DNA of 64,000 bases from positions 2,402-66,401 of the forward strand of contig JACRHP010000053.1 in NCBI GenBank assembly GCA_016212005.1. Direction: 5' to 3'. The notes under the pieces are model-generated. The model worked only from the letters and a program-made list of their open reading frames with translations, searched no databases and was not told the origin of the DNA. The position numbers were made by a program, and so were the translations under genes. Positions 8,549 through 17,024 of the stretch are shown piece after piece. The stretch comes from Candidatus Omnitrophota bacterium. Its GTDB lineage: Bacteria > Omnitrophota > Gorgyraeia > Zapsychrales > Zapsychraceae. The first letter of the stretch is position 1; each line of letters starts with the position of its first letter.

Positions 8549-10339
8549 ATGGACAAACCCCTCATCCGCAATTTTTCCATTATCGCCCATATCGACCACG
8601 GGAAATCCACCCTGGCCGACCGGCTTTTGCTGCATGCGGGCGCCATCGATGAGCGCAAGTTCCGCAACCAGATGCTCGATGACATGGACTTAGAGCGCGA
8701 ACGCGGGATCACGATCAAAGCTTCAGCGGTCAAGCTCAACTATAAGGCCAAGGACGGCAAGACCTATGCGTTCAACCTGATCGACACCCCCGGCCACGTG
8801 GACTTCACGTACGAAGTGGAAAAATCCTTACGCGCCTGTGAAGGGGCGCTGTTGGTCGTTGACGTTTCCCAGGGCGTAGAATCGCAGACGGTCGCCAATT
8901 ATTATCTGGCCGTTGAGAATAATTTGGAGATTTTACCGGTTATCAACAAGATTGACATTGCCAACATCGACATCGACCACGCCAAGTTGCAGCTCATTGA
9001 AATTCTCAATTTCAAGGAAAAGGACATCCAGATGGTCTCGGCCAAAGAGGGGATCGGCATCCCCGAGCTTTTCGAGAAGATCGTCGAATTCATCCCCAAG
9101 CCGGAGGGCGACGATAATTTGCCCTTGCAGGCTTTGATTTTTGACATGAAGTATGATATTTACAAGGGGATCATCATTTACGTGCGCGTCGTCAACGGTG
9201 TCATCCGCGAGAATATGGCGATCAAGATGATGCACACGGCTAAGGAAGCGCATATCGAGGAGATCGGCGTCTTCGCCCCCGAAGCGGTACGGGTGAGGGA
9301 GTTAACGAGCGGCGAGGTCGGCTATATCACCTGCAACATCCACGAGCCGCGTGAGGTGAGCGTGGGCGATACCTTGACCGAGACGGCCAACCCTGCGGCC
9401 GAGCCGTTGCAAGGCTACCGTCAATTGAACCCGCTCGTTTTCTGCGGAGTGTATCCGGTCAACTCCAAGGATTTTTTGCAGCTGCGCGAGGCGATCGACA
9501 AGCTGCGCCTGAGCGACCCGAGCTTTGTGTTCGAACCCGAAAGTTCGCAGTCTTTCGGCAACGGTTTTCGCTGCGGCTTTCTGGGGCTGTTGCATATGGA
9601 TATTATCCAGGAGCGTTTGCAGCGTGAATACGACCTGAATCTTATCCTGACGACCCCGAACGTGCGCTACCGCGTGCACACCCGTGACGGCCAGGTCATC
9701 GACCTGGAGTGCCCGTCGGCCTTACCGGATGGCTCCAGCATCCAGAAGGTGGAGGAGCCTTATTTGACCGTGACGATCCTCACCCCCGTTGAACACATGG
9801 ACAACGTGATCCAAATAGCCAAGGACAAGCGCGGGATCTTCGTGCAGAGCGAGTACGTGTCGGACCGGATGCGGGTCGTCTTTGACATCCCGCTCTCGGA
9901 AGTGATCGTGGATTTCAACGACATGATCAAATCCGTCACGCGCGGGTATGGTTCCATCGATTACAAATTGAAAGGTTTCTTACCGGCGAAGATCACCAAG
10001 CTCGATATCCTGATCAACGATTCGGTCTGTGACGCGTTTTCCTGTCTGGTGCACAAGGAATCCGCGTATCAAAAAGGCCTGGCGCTGGTGACCAAGCTCA
10101 AGGAACTGATCCCGCGCCAGCTTTTCGAGGTGCGTGTCCAGGCGTCCTGCGACGGGCGCATCATCTCGAGCGCGAGCATTAAACCAATGGGTAAAAATGT
10201 GACGGCCAAATGTTACGGCGGGGACATCACGCGCAAGAAAAAACTTTGGGAGAAACAAAAAGAAGGCAAGAAACGCATGAAGCAGGTGGGCAACGTCGAG
10301 ATCCCGCAGGAAGCGTTTCGTGCAGCTTTAAAATTGTAA
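8549..10339 (+). CDS. lepA: Elongation factor 4 (LepA)
   Basis: IRNFSIIAHIDHGKSTLADR and DTPGHVDF G-domain motifs, with the LepA C-terminal domain GKKRMKQVGNVEIPQEAF. An alternative GTG start exists at 8543. Confidence 0.95.
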   Translation: MDKPLIRNFSIIAHIDHGKSTLADRLLLHAGAIDERKFRNQMLDDMDLERERGITIKASAVKLNYKAKDGKTYAFNLIDTPGHVDFTYEVEKSLRACEGALLVVDVSQGVESQTVANYYLAVENNLEILPVINKIDIANIDIDHAKLQLIEILNFKEKDIQMVSAKEGIGIPELFEKIVEFIPKPEGDDNLPLQALIFDMKYDIYKGIIIYVRVVNGVIRENMAIKMMHTAKEAHIEEIGVFAPEAVRVRELTSGEVGYITCNIHEPREVSVGDTLTETANPAAEPLQGYRQLNPLVFCGVYPVNSKDFLQLREAIDKLRLSDPSFVFEPESSQSFGNGFRCGFLGLLHMDIIQERLQREYDLNLILTTPNVRYRVHTRDGQVIDLECPSALPDGSSIQKVEEPYLTVTILTPVEHMDNVIQIAKDKRGIFVQSEYVSDRMRVVFDIPLSEVIVDFNDMIKSVTRGYGSIDYKLKGFLPAKITKLDILINDSVCDAFSCLVHKESAYQKGLALVTKLKELIPRQLFEVRVQASCDGRIISSASIKPMGKNVTAKCYGGDITRKKKLWEKQKEGKKRMKQVGNVEIPQEAFRAALKL

Positions 10340-10388
10340 GTGAGAACCAATGTTGAAATCCGAAATCTGAATTTTATGAAAGCGAACT

Positions 10389-11009
10389 ATGATGACCAGT
10401 AAGCCTCCAGTCCCAAAATCCGCGGCGCGTGAGTGGGTCGAATCGATCATTGTCGCGCTGCTGCTGGCCCTTTTTATCCGGGAATTTTTTATCCAGGCCT
10501 TCAAGATCCCCAGCGGGTCGATGATCCCCACGCTTCTCGTCGGTGACCGGTTGATGGTCAACAAACTCCGCTACGGGCCGAAGGTCCGTTTCACGGATAA
10601 ACGCCTGCCGGGCTTTTCCAAAGCTAAACGCGGGGATATTATTGTCTTTATTTTTCCCGATGACCCCAAGCGGGATTTCATCAAACGTCTGATCGCTTTT
10701 GGGGGCGAGACGGTTGAGATCAAGGACGGGGATATTTATATTAACGGCAAGCATGTCGAGGACCTGCCGATCGACAAAATTTATTATTATAACCGCGGAC
10801 AGTACGGGGAGGAAGGGCACCCTGTGACCGTGCCCAAGGGATACGTTTATGTGCTGGGAGATAACAGCGCTTCCAGCCATGACAGCCGGTTTTGGGGGGT
10901 TGTCCCCGACGCCAATATCATCGGCCGGGCGGAATTTATTTACTGGCCGCTTACCCGCTTGCGGTTTTTGGACGAGGCTCCGGGCGACCAAAATGGACGG
11001 AAAAAGTAG
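10389..11009 (+). CDS. lepB: Signal peptidase I
   Basis: SGSMIPTL catalytic Ser box, KRLIAFGGE Lys box and GDNSASSHDSRFWG. lepA-lepB synteny is conserved. Confidence 0.9.
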   Translation: MMTSKPPVPKSAAREWVESIIVALLLALFIREFFIQAFKIPSGSMIPTLLVGDRLMVNKLRYGPKVRFTDKRLPGFSKAKRGDIIVFIFPDDPKRDFIKRLIAFGGETVEIKDGDIYINGKHVEDLPIDKIYYYNRGQYGEEGHPVTVPKGYVYVLGDNSASSHDSRFWGVVPDANIIGRAEFIYWPLTRLRFLDEAPGDQNGRKK

Positions 11010-11373
11010 CCCGAGAGCGGCGGTGCCCGCCGTCATTCTTTTTCTGATAACAGCCGTTGGCTTGGGCGGCTGCCGGACATTGCCTTCTTCAAACCTGGAG
11101 CAGGAAACGCCGCGGGAGGTCAGGGACGCGGTGGTCTCCGTCTCGGGCGCGATGGCAGGGCATCCGTTAAGCGAAGAAGAAGCCCGTCGCCTGGAGCGGC
11201 AGGTGGTCACGGACCCCGGAGCGCAAAGCGCGATCAAGGCCATTACCTCTTCCGCCTCCGCTGGACCGGCGGAAGTGAAAGCGAAATACTGCCCCGTCGG
11301 CGGCGAACATTATGCCCCGAACCTGAAAGTTTGTCCCGTCCACAATGTCCCGCTAAAAGAGGTAGGTAAATAA
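10993..11373 (+). CDS. Hypothetical lipoprotein with C-terminal CPx..CPxH motif
   Basis: Signal peptide with lipobox (LITAVGLGGC). The C-terminus YCPVGGEHYAPNLKVCPVHNVPL resembles heavy-metal-binding-domain (CPMHP-type) motifs. Start trimmed from the 10849 ORF. Confidence 0.5.
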   Translation: MDGKSSPRAAVPAVILFLITAVGLGGCRTLPSSNLEQETPREVRDAVVSVSGAMAGHPLSEEEARRLERQVVTDPGAQSAIKAITSSASAGPAEVKAKYCPVGGEHYAPNLKVCPVHNVPLKEVGK

Positions 11374-11374
11374 T

Positions 11375-11953
11375 ATGGCACTTACTTTTGCAAACAAGAT
11401 CACCGTTTGCCGCATCCTCGCGGTACCATTTTTCATCGCGACGGTACTGTACTACACACCGCAGAACGATTATCTGCGCCTGGTCGCTTTAGGGATTTTT
11501 TTGTTCGCTGTTATCTCGGACGCCGTCGACGGCTACGTGGCCCGGCACTACCGCCAGCGCACCAAGGCCGGCGCCGTCCTCGACCCCGTGGCGGACAAAT
11601 TGCTTTTGATCAGCGCTTTTATCTGCCTGTATAAAGTCGGGGCGGTCGTGGGTGGAGGTGTCCGGTTTCCCGTCTGGCTGGTAGTCGGGGTTATCAGCCG
11701 CGACGTGATCCTGCTTGCGGGCGCGGCCATCATCCGTTTGTTCCACTCCGTGGAACACGGAGACTTTAACCTTGAACCGACTGTCTGGGGGAAGGCCACG
11801 ACGTTTTTTCAGGTCTTGTCGGTCTTGGGGATATTGCTGCGCTGGCCGGTTTTTTGCGTCTTCTGGTATCCGATGATTGTATTGACCGTCGTCTCGGGCG
11901 TGGATTATATCCGTAAGGGAATTAAGATCATCAATAACGGAGTCGTCTCGTGA
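11375..11953 (+). CDS. pgsA: CDP-alcohol phosphatidyltransferase (phosphatidylglycerophosphate synthase-like)
   Basis: DAVDGYVARHYRQRTKAGAVLDPVADK fits the DG(x2)AR(x8)G(x3)D(x3)D motif. The protein is polytopic. Confidence 0.8.
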   Translation: MALTFANKITVCRILAVPFFIATVLYYTPQNDYLRLVALGIFLFAVISDAVDGYVARHYRQRTKAGAVLDPVADKLLLISAFICLYKVGAVVGGGVRFPVWLVVGVISRDVILLAGAAIIRLFHSVEHGDFNLEPTVWGKATTFFQVLSVLGILLRWPVFCVFWYPMIVLTVVSGVDYIRKGIKIINNGVVS

Positions 11954-12576
11954 AATTTGTTCTGGGGCTCTGGGCCAGTTATTTTCTGGGGGCGGCCCCC
12001 ACCGCCTACATCTTCGGAAAACTCTACAAAGGCATCGACATCCGCCAGCACGGGTCTGGAAACGTCGGCGCGACCAACGTCTTCCGGGTCCTCGGCAAAG
12101 GCCCCGGCATTATCGTCCTTGTCCTGGACATCCTCAAAGGGACGTTGGCGGTGACCGTGGTTGCCGATTTCTTTGGGCTTGCGCAAGTGTTCCATCGGAT
12201 TATTCTCGGGCTGGTCGTCGTGAGCGGCCATAACTGGACGGTTTTCTTGAATTTTAAAGGAGGCAAAGGTATCGCCACCAGCCTCGGGGTTCTCATCGGG
12301 CTCACGCTCAAGATCGCCGCCATCCGCCCGGTACTTCTTGGGACCGTGGTCATCTGGCTGATTTCTTTTTTCGCGAGCGGCTTTGTTTCGCTTTCCTCGA
12401 TTATCGCCAGCGTGTTCCTTCCTCTTATTATGGTGTTGACCGGTCAAACCATTGAACTGGTCGTCCTGGGCATTGTCTTTTGCGTCTTTGTCGTTGTGCG
12501 CCACAGGCCTAACATCCGACGGCTCCTGCGCGGCCAGGAGCCGCGCGTCCCCTTGCCGTTTCATAAAAGCAAATAA
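11950..12576 (+). CDS. plsY: Glycerol-3-phosphate acyltransferase PlsY
   Basis: GSGNVGATNVFRVLGK and FKGGKGIAT motifs. The GTG start overlaps the pgsA stop. Confidence 0.9.
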   Translation: MKFVLGLWASYFLGAAPTAYIFGKLYKGIDIRQHGSGNVGATNVFRVLGKGPGIIVLVLDILKGTLAVTVVADFFGLAQVFHRIILGLVVVSGHNWTVFLNFKGGKGIATSLGVLIGLTLKIAAIRPVLLGTVVIWLISFFASGFVSLSSIIASVFLPLIMVLTGQTIELVVLGIVFCVFVVVRHRPNIRRLLRGQEPRVPLPFHKSK

Positions 12577-12742
12577 CCCTCCCCTGTGTATCCATAAAAA
12601 CCTTTGTTTTTATCGTAACTTCATGGAATCCTTCCATCAGCGACGGGGGAATTCCTGGAAAACGCTTTCCTATAGCAGTCCCTATCGTCTTGTTTGAAGC
12701 TCTTGGTGTGTTATACTCCCAGTGGTTAGGGAGGGGGGAGCC

Positions 12743-13093
12743 GTGAAAGAGTTACTCCACAAAAGACGCCGCGACGTCCATAAAGGTACCAAGCTTATCA
12801 CCATCAATTCCCGGATAGAAGACAAGGAAAGCCGCACCCGCGTGCGCAAGAGTTTCCTCTATCATGTCACCCGTGCCGAAAAGCCCGGTGCCGGCATGAC
12901 GTCCCCGGAGATCCATATCCGCAAGTCGTTCGACACGATCCATAAAATTGAGAAATTCTGTTTCCAGATCAAAGGAAGCTTTTACACGACCAACGGCGGT
13001 CTGGTCGCGAGGGTTTATTTCCATCATTGCCTCAATGTCCAGATATCCTGGAAAGATTTTTTTATTCCCCCAAAAACCAGCAGTTCTGGGTAG
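12743..13093 (+). CDS. Hypothetical small basic protein (strand assignment uncertain)
   Basis: Plus frame has GC-rich third positions like neighbouring genes and a GGGAGGGGGGAG SD before GTG 12743. A possible TTGTTT/TATACT promoter lies upstream, and a strong plus-strand terminator downstream. A mirror ORF on the minus strand (12752-13141) shares the same triplet phase. Confidence 0.35.
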   Translation: MKELLHKRRRDVHKGTKLITINSRIEDKESRTRVRKSFLYHVTRAEKPGAGMTSPEIHIRKSFDTIHKIEKFCFQIKGSFYTTNGGLVARVYFHHCLNVQISWKDFFIPPKTSSSG

Positions 13094-13115
13094 CCGGAAT
13101 ATCGGTGACCCAAGC

Positions 13116-13160
13116 AAAATAACGGATGGTTTAAAAGCCATCCGTTATTTTTTTGTTTTC
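13116..13160 (+). terminator. Rho-independent terminator (possibly bidirectional)
   Basis: A 14-bp stem pairs aaaataacggatgg with ccatccgttatttt around the loop tttaaaag. A T-run (tttttgtttt) follows, and an A-run upstream could serve the opposite strand. Confidence 0.6.
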
Positions 13161-13257
13161 CCCTTGCTGGACAATGCACCGGGAAGATGATATAAAAGCG
13201 GTGTCCGGGGTGGGTTCCCCGGGAGGAGTCCCTTAACGCAAGCACGGGCGCAAATCA

Positions 13258-13596
13258 ATGGTGGAATCGACAGTCAAGATGGGAAGTTATCCTTCCGGGT
13301 CGGGGCGCCGGTACCGCGACCTCCTTGCCGACCAGGGCGTAAGGGTTGAGATTGCGGATGCCTTGAACCCGGGGCAGGTGACGCTGCTGGTCGACGCGCG
13401 GGACCAGGCAAAGGCCCAAAAGATCATCGAGGAATTCCAGACCGCCGCCCTGGACCAGGCGATTTTAGAGAGAGACTTGAGAGGCCCGCTCCAGAATTTT
13501 ATTTCCTGGGTTATCTTTCTGGTTATCTTCGTAGGGCTGCTGGGGTTGTTGATTTTTTATCTGACGGGCGGCTTTTTCCCAGCGGAATCCCCGTAA
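13258..13596 (+). CDS. Hypothetical protein with C-terminal transmembrane helix
   Basis: 112-aa ORF. The soluble N-terminal part is followed by the hydrophobic segment FISWVIFLVIFVGLLGLLIFYL. No recognisable catalytic motif. Confidence 0.45.
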   Translation: MVESTVKMGSYPSGSGRRYRDLLADQGVRVEIADALNPGQVTLLVDARDQAKAQKIIEEFQTAALDQAILERDLRGPLQNFISWVIFLVIFVGLLGLLIFYLTGGFFPAESP

Positions 13597-13617
13597 CCAA
13601 TACCAGGGATTGGGAGT

Positions 13618-14973
13618 CTATTGGAATTTCAAAGGCAAGGTGAAATGAAAGGTCGCCCCGCGCGAGCCGTCGCTCTCCACCCATATCCGGCCGCCGTGCG
13701 CCTCCACCATTTTCTTCGAGATGGCCAGGCCCAGTCCGGTGCCGGACTCGCCGCCCGCGGAAGCCCCCGCGCCAAAGTAATCGAAGATCTTCGACAATTC
13801 CTCTTTTAAAATGCCCTGCCCCTGGTCCTGCAGGGAGATCTGGACGCGGTCATTGTATTTTTGGGCGGCTAATGTGACCTGTGTCTGCACCGGGGAATAT
13901 TTGACGGCGTTGGCGATCAGGTTGTTGAGGACCTGGTGGACGCGGTGCGGGTCCATTTCGACCGCCCCCAGGTCGTCGGCGCAATGAAACTCCAGCCGGA
14001 TCGACCTGGCCGCGGCCAGGTCGCGGTTGAACGCGACACATTCTTCCAGATACGGTTTCAAAGCGACCTTTTCGATTTTTAAATGGAGCTTGCCTGATTC
14101 AATGGCGCTGACATCGAGCAGATCTTCGACGAGATGCAGCATCCGCGCGCACCACTGCCGGATCCCTTTGAGCAATTCTTTTTGTTTGTCCGTCAGTTCC
14201 CCCAGATATCCGTCCATGATCAGGTCCAGCCGGCTGTTGATGAGCGATATGGGGCTGCGCAGGTCGTGGACGGCGAGGCCCAGGAACGTATTTTTCAGGT
14301 CGTTTAATTCCAGAAGCTGCTGGTAGAGGCGGCTTTTTTCGACGATCATCGAGAGCTGCCCGGCGATCTGGCTGAAGAGTTCCACGTGGGCGTCCCGGTA
14401 CGTATTGGGCCGCGTGCTGGAAAAAAATATAAATCCGATGGGTTTGCCCGCCGCGACCAGCGGGCACGTCAGGTTGGAACGGATCCCCTCGGCGACGATC
14501 TTTTGAGTGGACACCGACGTGGGATGTTCTTTCAGGTAGAGTTTCAGGTCGTTGATGATGCGCGGGCGCCCCGTCGTGATGATCTTCTGCAGACTGCTGC
14601 CCTTCATCGGGGCCGTGTAGCCTTTGTAGATCTGGACGTCTTTGGTGTCCGAACGGGCCCAGTGGGCGCGCAGCACCGTTCCTTCCTCCTCCAGAAGGGC
14701 GAAGCCGATCCGGTTGTAGGGGATAATGGGGCGAAACGATTCATAGGTGTAGTTCAAGACCTCTTCCAGGACAATGCCCGCGTTGATCTTTTCGGTGACT
14801 TTGGAAAGCGCGGTGATCTCCCGGAATTTTTTTTCGATTATATCCCCCAGCTGGTTCAATATCTCCCCGAGGCGGGCAAGTTCGTCGTGTCCGCTGACCG
14901 GAATGCGGACATGATATTCGCCTTTCGTCATCTCGACGGCGGCCTTGATGATCTGTTCGATCCTGCGCTGCAT
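13618..14973 (-). CDS. Cytoplasmic sensor histidine kinase (HAMP-like linker, GAF, HisKA, HATPase_c)
   Basis: H-box LAVHDLRSPIS, N-box NLIANAVKYS and G-boxes DQGQGI / GTGLGLAISK. The GAF-like middle region has no obvious TM segments. No adjacent response regulator. Confidence 0.85.
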   Translation of the reverse strand: MQRRIEQIIKAAVEMTKGEYHVRIPVSGHDELARLGEILNQLGDIIEKKFREITALSKVTEKINAGIVLEEVLNYTYESFRPIIPYNRIGFALLEEEGTVLRAHWARSDTKDVQIYKGYTAPMKGSSLQKIITTGRPRIINDLKLYLKEHPTSVSTQKIVAEGIRSNLTCPLVAAGKPIGFIFFSSTRPNTYRDAHVELFSQIAGQLSMIVEKSRLYQQLLELNDLKNTFLGLAVHDLRSPISLINSRLDLIMDGYLGELTDKQKELLKGIRQWCARMLHLVEDLLDVSAIESGKLHLKIEKVALKPYLEECVAFNRDLAAARSIRLEFHCADDLGAVEMDPHRVHQVLNNLIANAVKYSPVQTQVTLAAQKYNDRVQISLQDQGQGILKEELSKIFDYFGAGASAGGESGTGLGLAISKKMVEAHGGRIWVESDGSRGATFHFTLPLKFQ

Positions 14974-14994
14974 AGATAGAGAGAAGGGACTGCG

Positions 14995-16380
14995 TTAAAC
15001 GGATTTGAATTCGGCGATGAGCGCCTGCACGGTCTCTTTGGCGTCGCCGAAGACCATCCGGGTGTTGTCGTAATAGAACAGTTCGTTCTCGATGCCGGCG
15101 AATCCGGAGCGCATCGAGCGCTTCAGGACAAAGACAGTTTTTGCTTTATCGACGTTGATGATGGGCATGCCGTAGATGGGGCTGGACTTGTCGTGGCGCG
15201 CCGCGGGATTAACGACATCGTTGGCGCCGATGACGACCGCGACGTCAATGGTGTCGATAATGGGGTTGATCGCGTCCATTTCAAAAAGCTGGTCGTAAGG
15301 GACGTCGGCTTCCGCGAGTAGAACGTTCATGTGCCCGGGCATGCGCCCCGCCACGGGGTGGATCGCGTAACGCACCTCCGCGCCGTTATTCTCCAGAATT
15401 TTTCCCAGTTCGCGCACCGCGTGCTGGGCCTGCGCGACCGCCATTCCGTAGCCGGGGACAAAGACGACCGAGCGCGCCGCTTCCAGGACATAATAGGCGT
15501 CCTTGACGCTGATCGCTTTGGCCTCGCCCTTGACCTCGGAGGCCGCTTTTTTGGTAACGCTGCCAAATCCGCTAAATAAAACGTTGGTGAGCGAGCGGTT
15601 CATCGCCTTGCACATGATCCTGGTGAGGATGATCCCGCTGGCCCCGACCAATGATCCCGCCACAATGAGCATGCTGTTGATAATGACAAATCCCGTCGCG
15701 GCCCCGGCCATCCCCGAATAGCTGTTCAAGAGCGAGATCACCACCGGCATGTCCGCCCCGCCGATGGGGATCACGACCATCACCCCGAGAATGAGGGACA
15801 AGACCATAATGGCGACGAACAAAGGATAATTGTCCGCCGGATCCGGATGCAGGCAAAAGATGATCCCGCCGACAATCAGCGCCCCCAGCAAAAGTGAGTT
15901 GACGATCTTTTGTCCGGCAAAAAGGATCGGCTTGCCGGTGACGAATTTTTCTTCCAGCTTGGCCCAGGCGATAAAGCTTCCCGTGAAGGTGACCCCGCCG
16001 ATCAAGACCGCCAGGTACGTGCTGATTGTGGTTAACAAAGAAGACTCGGGTTGATAATGATACGCGGCCCAGCCGACAATAAAGCTCGCCAGCCCGCCGG
16101 AGCCGTTGAGCAACCCCACCATCTGCGGCATCGAGGTCATGGCCACCCGGGTGGCCGCCAGAATTCCGATCCCGGTACCGACGGCCAGGCCGAAAGCGAT
16201 CCATTGCCATTCCATCATGCCGCGCGTTAACAGGGTGGCGACGATGGCAATGAGCATCCCCACGGCGGAGAGCTGGTTGGCCTTGCGCGCCGAAACCGGC
16301 GAGCTCATCCGCTTGAGCCCGATCACGAACAAAACGGAGGAAATGATGTAACAAATTGTGATGAAGATCGTCAGGCTCAC
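14995..16380 (-). CDS. pntB: NAD(P) transhydrogenase subunit beta
   Basis: Polytopic N-terminus followed by the dIII NADP(H) domain (VPGYGMAVAQAQH, HPVAGRMPGHMNVLLAEA, GANDVVNP). Start set at GTG 16380, forming a GTGA overlap with the pntAB stop. The ORF's 39-aa N-terminal extension is rejected. Confidence 0.9.
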   Translation of the reverse strand: MSLTIFITICYIISSVLFVIGLKRMSSPVSARKANQLSAVGMLIAIVATLLTRGMMEWQWIAFGLAVGTGIGILAATRVAMTSMPQMVGLLNGSGGLASFIVGWAAYHYQPESSLLTTISTYLAVLIGGVTFTGSFIAWAKLEEKFVTGKPILFAGQKIVNSLLLGALIVGGIIFCLHPDPADNYPLFVAIMVLSLILGVMVVIPIGGADMPVVISLLNSYSGMAGAATGFVIINSMLIVAGSLVGASGIILTRIMCKAMNRSLTNVLFSGFGSVTKKAASEVKGEAKAISVKDAYYVLEAARSVVFVPGYGMAVAQAQHAVRELGKILENNGAEVRYAIHPVAGRMPGHMNVLLAEADVPYDQLFEMDAINPIIDTIDVAVVIGANDVVNPAARHDKSSPIYGMPIINVDKAKTVFVLKRSMRSGFAGIENELFYYDNTRMVFGDAKETVQALIAEFKSV

Positions 16381-16694
16381 TTTTTCTCTCCGGTCGGTTT
16401 GGCTTTGAACATGCGTAACATCCGGTCGGTCACCAGATACCCGCCGACCACGTTGACCGTCGCGAAAATGACCGCCAGTGTGCCCAACGCCGTGCACAGG
16501 GCGCTGCCGGGGGTCAGTCCGACGGCCAGAAGGGCGCCGACGATGGTGATCCCCGAAATGGCGTTGGAGCCCGACATCAAAGGCGTGTGCAGGATCGAAG
16601 GGACCTTGGAGATGAGCTCCACGCCTAAAAAGATCGCGATGACGAAAAGGAAGATCAGATTGATCAGCGAAATTGGGTCAAGGTGCGTTTCCAT
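16377..16694 (-). CDS. pntAB: NAD(P) transhydrogenase subunit alpha part 2 (membrane)
   Basis: 105-aa protein with three hydrophobic helices (HTPLMSGSNAISGI motif), immediately upstream of pntB. Confidence 0.85.
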   Translation of the reverse strand: METHLDPISLINLIFLFVIAIFLGVELISKVPSILHTPLMSGSNAISGITIVGALLAVGLTPGSALCTALGTLAVIFATVNVVGGYLVTDRMLRMFKAKPTGEKK

Positions 16695-17024
16695 AATTTT
16701 TCCTTATTTATGATAGTTAAAGGGATAACCTTTCCGGTGAATAAACCTTTGCGTCCAGATTCGCCATCGTTGTTGATGCCAATTCTTTCGTTCACAATCG
16801 CCCTTCCCCTCTGGGAAGGGCTCCAGTTCACTCCAGAATTGGCATCAACCAGTGACCTTTTCTTCGGGAAAGTTTGACTCACTGTGAGCAGGGCGTCATG
16901 AGGCCGAGCGGGCACGGTTCCCCCGCACTCTGACTTTCCGGGAGAGCGAGGCCGAAATGTCGAGTTTATTTTTCCACGCCGGGGAAAAATAAACGTCCCT
17001 GCGAACTGTGAGTCAAACGCCAAG
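16695..17024 (-). other. 330-nt highly structured non-coding insert between pntAA and pntAB
   Basis: Four structures were read. A perfect 15-bp inverted repeat pairs 16772-16786 with 16835-16849. It encloses a 9-bp hairpin (16800-16821). A 12-bp hairpin pairs 16964-16975 with 16983-16994. An 11-bp inverted repeat pairs gtttgactcac (16872-16882) with gtgagtcaaac (17008-17018). No credible ORF is present. Confidence 0.6.

Noticed and set aside
10374-11243. 289-aa minus-strand ORF
   Set aside because: It lies antisense to well-supported lepB and the lipoprotein gene. Its composition is Arg/Pro/Ala-rich and low-complexity, typical of shadow ORFs in GC3-rich coding DNA.
12752-13141. 129-aa minus-strand ORF with a fairly protein-like translation
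   Set aside because: It is not called as the primary CDS. Its ATG sits in the stem of the 13116-13160 terminator, no SD precedes it, and its third-position GC is lower than that of the mirror plus-frame. It is kept as an open question in the findings.
15572-16354. 260-aa alternate-frame minus-strand ORF within pntB
   Set aside because: It is on the same strand as pntB but in a different frame. The translation is Arg/Gly/His-rich, while the pntB frame has the conserved dIII motifs.
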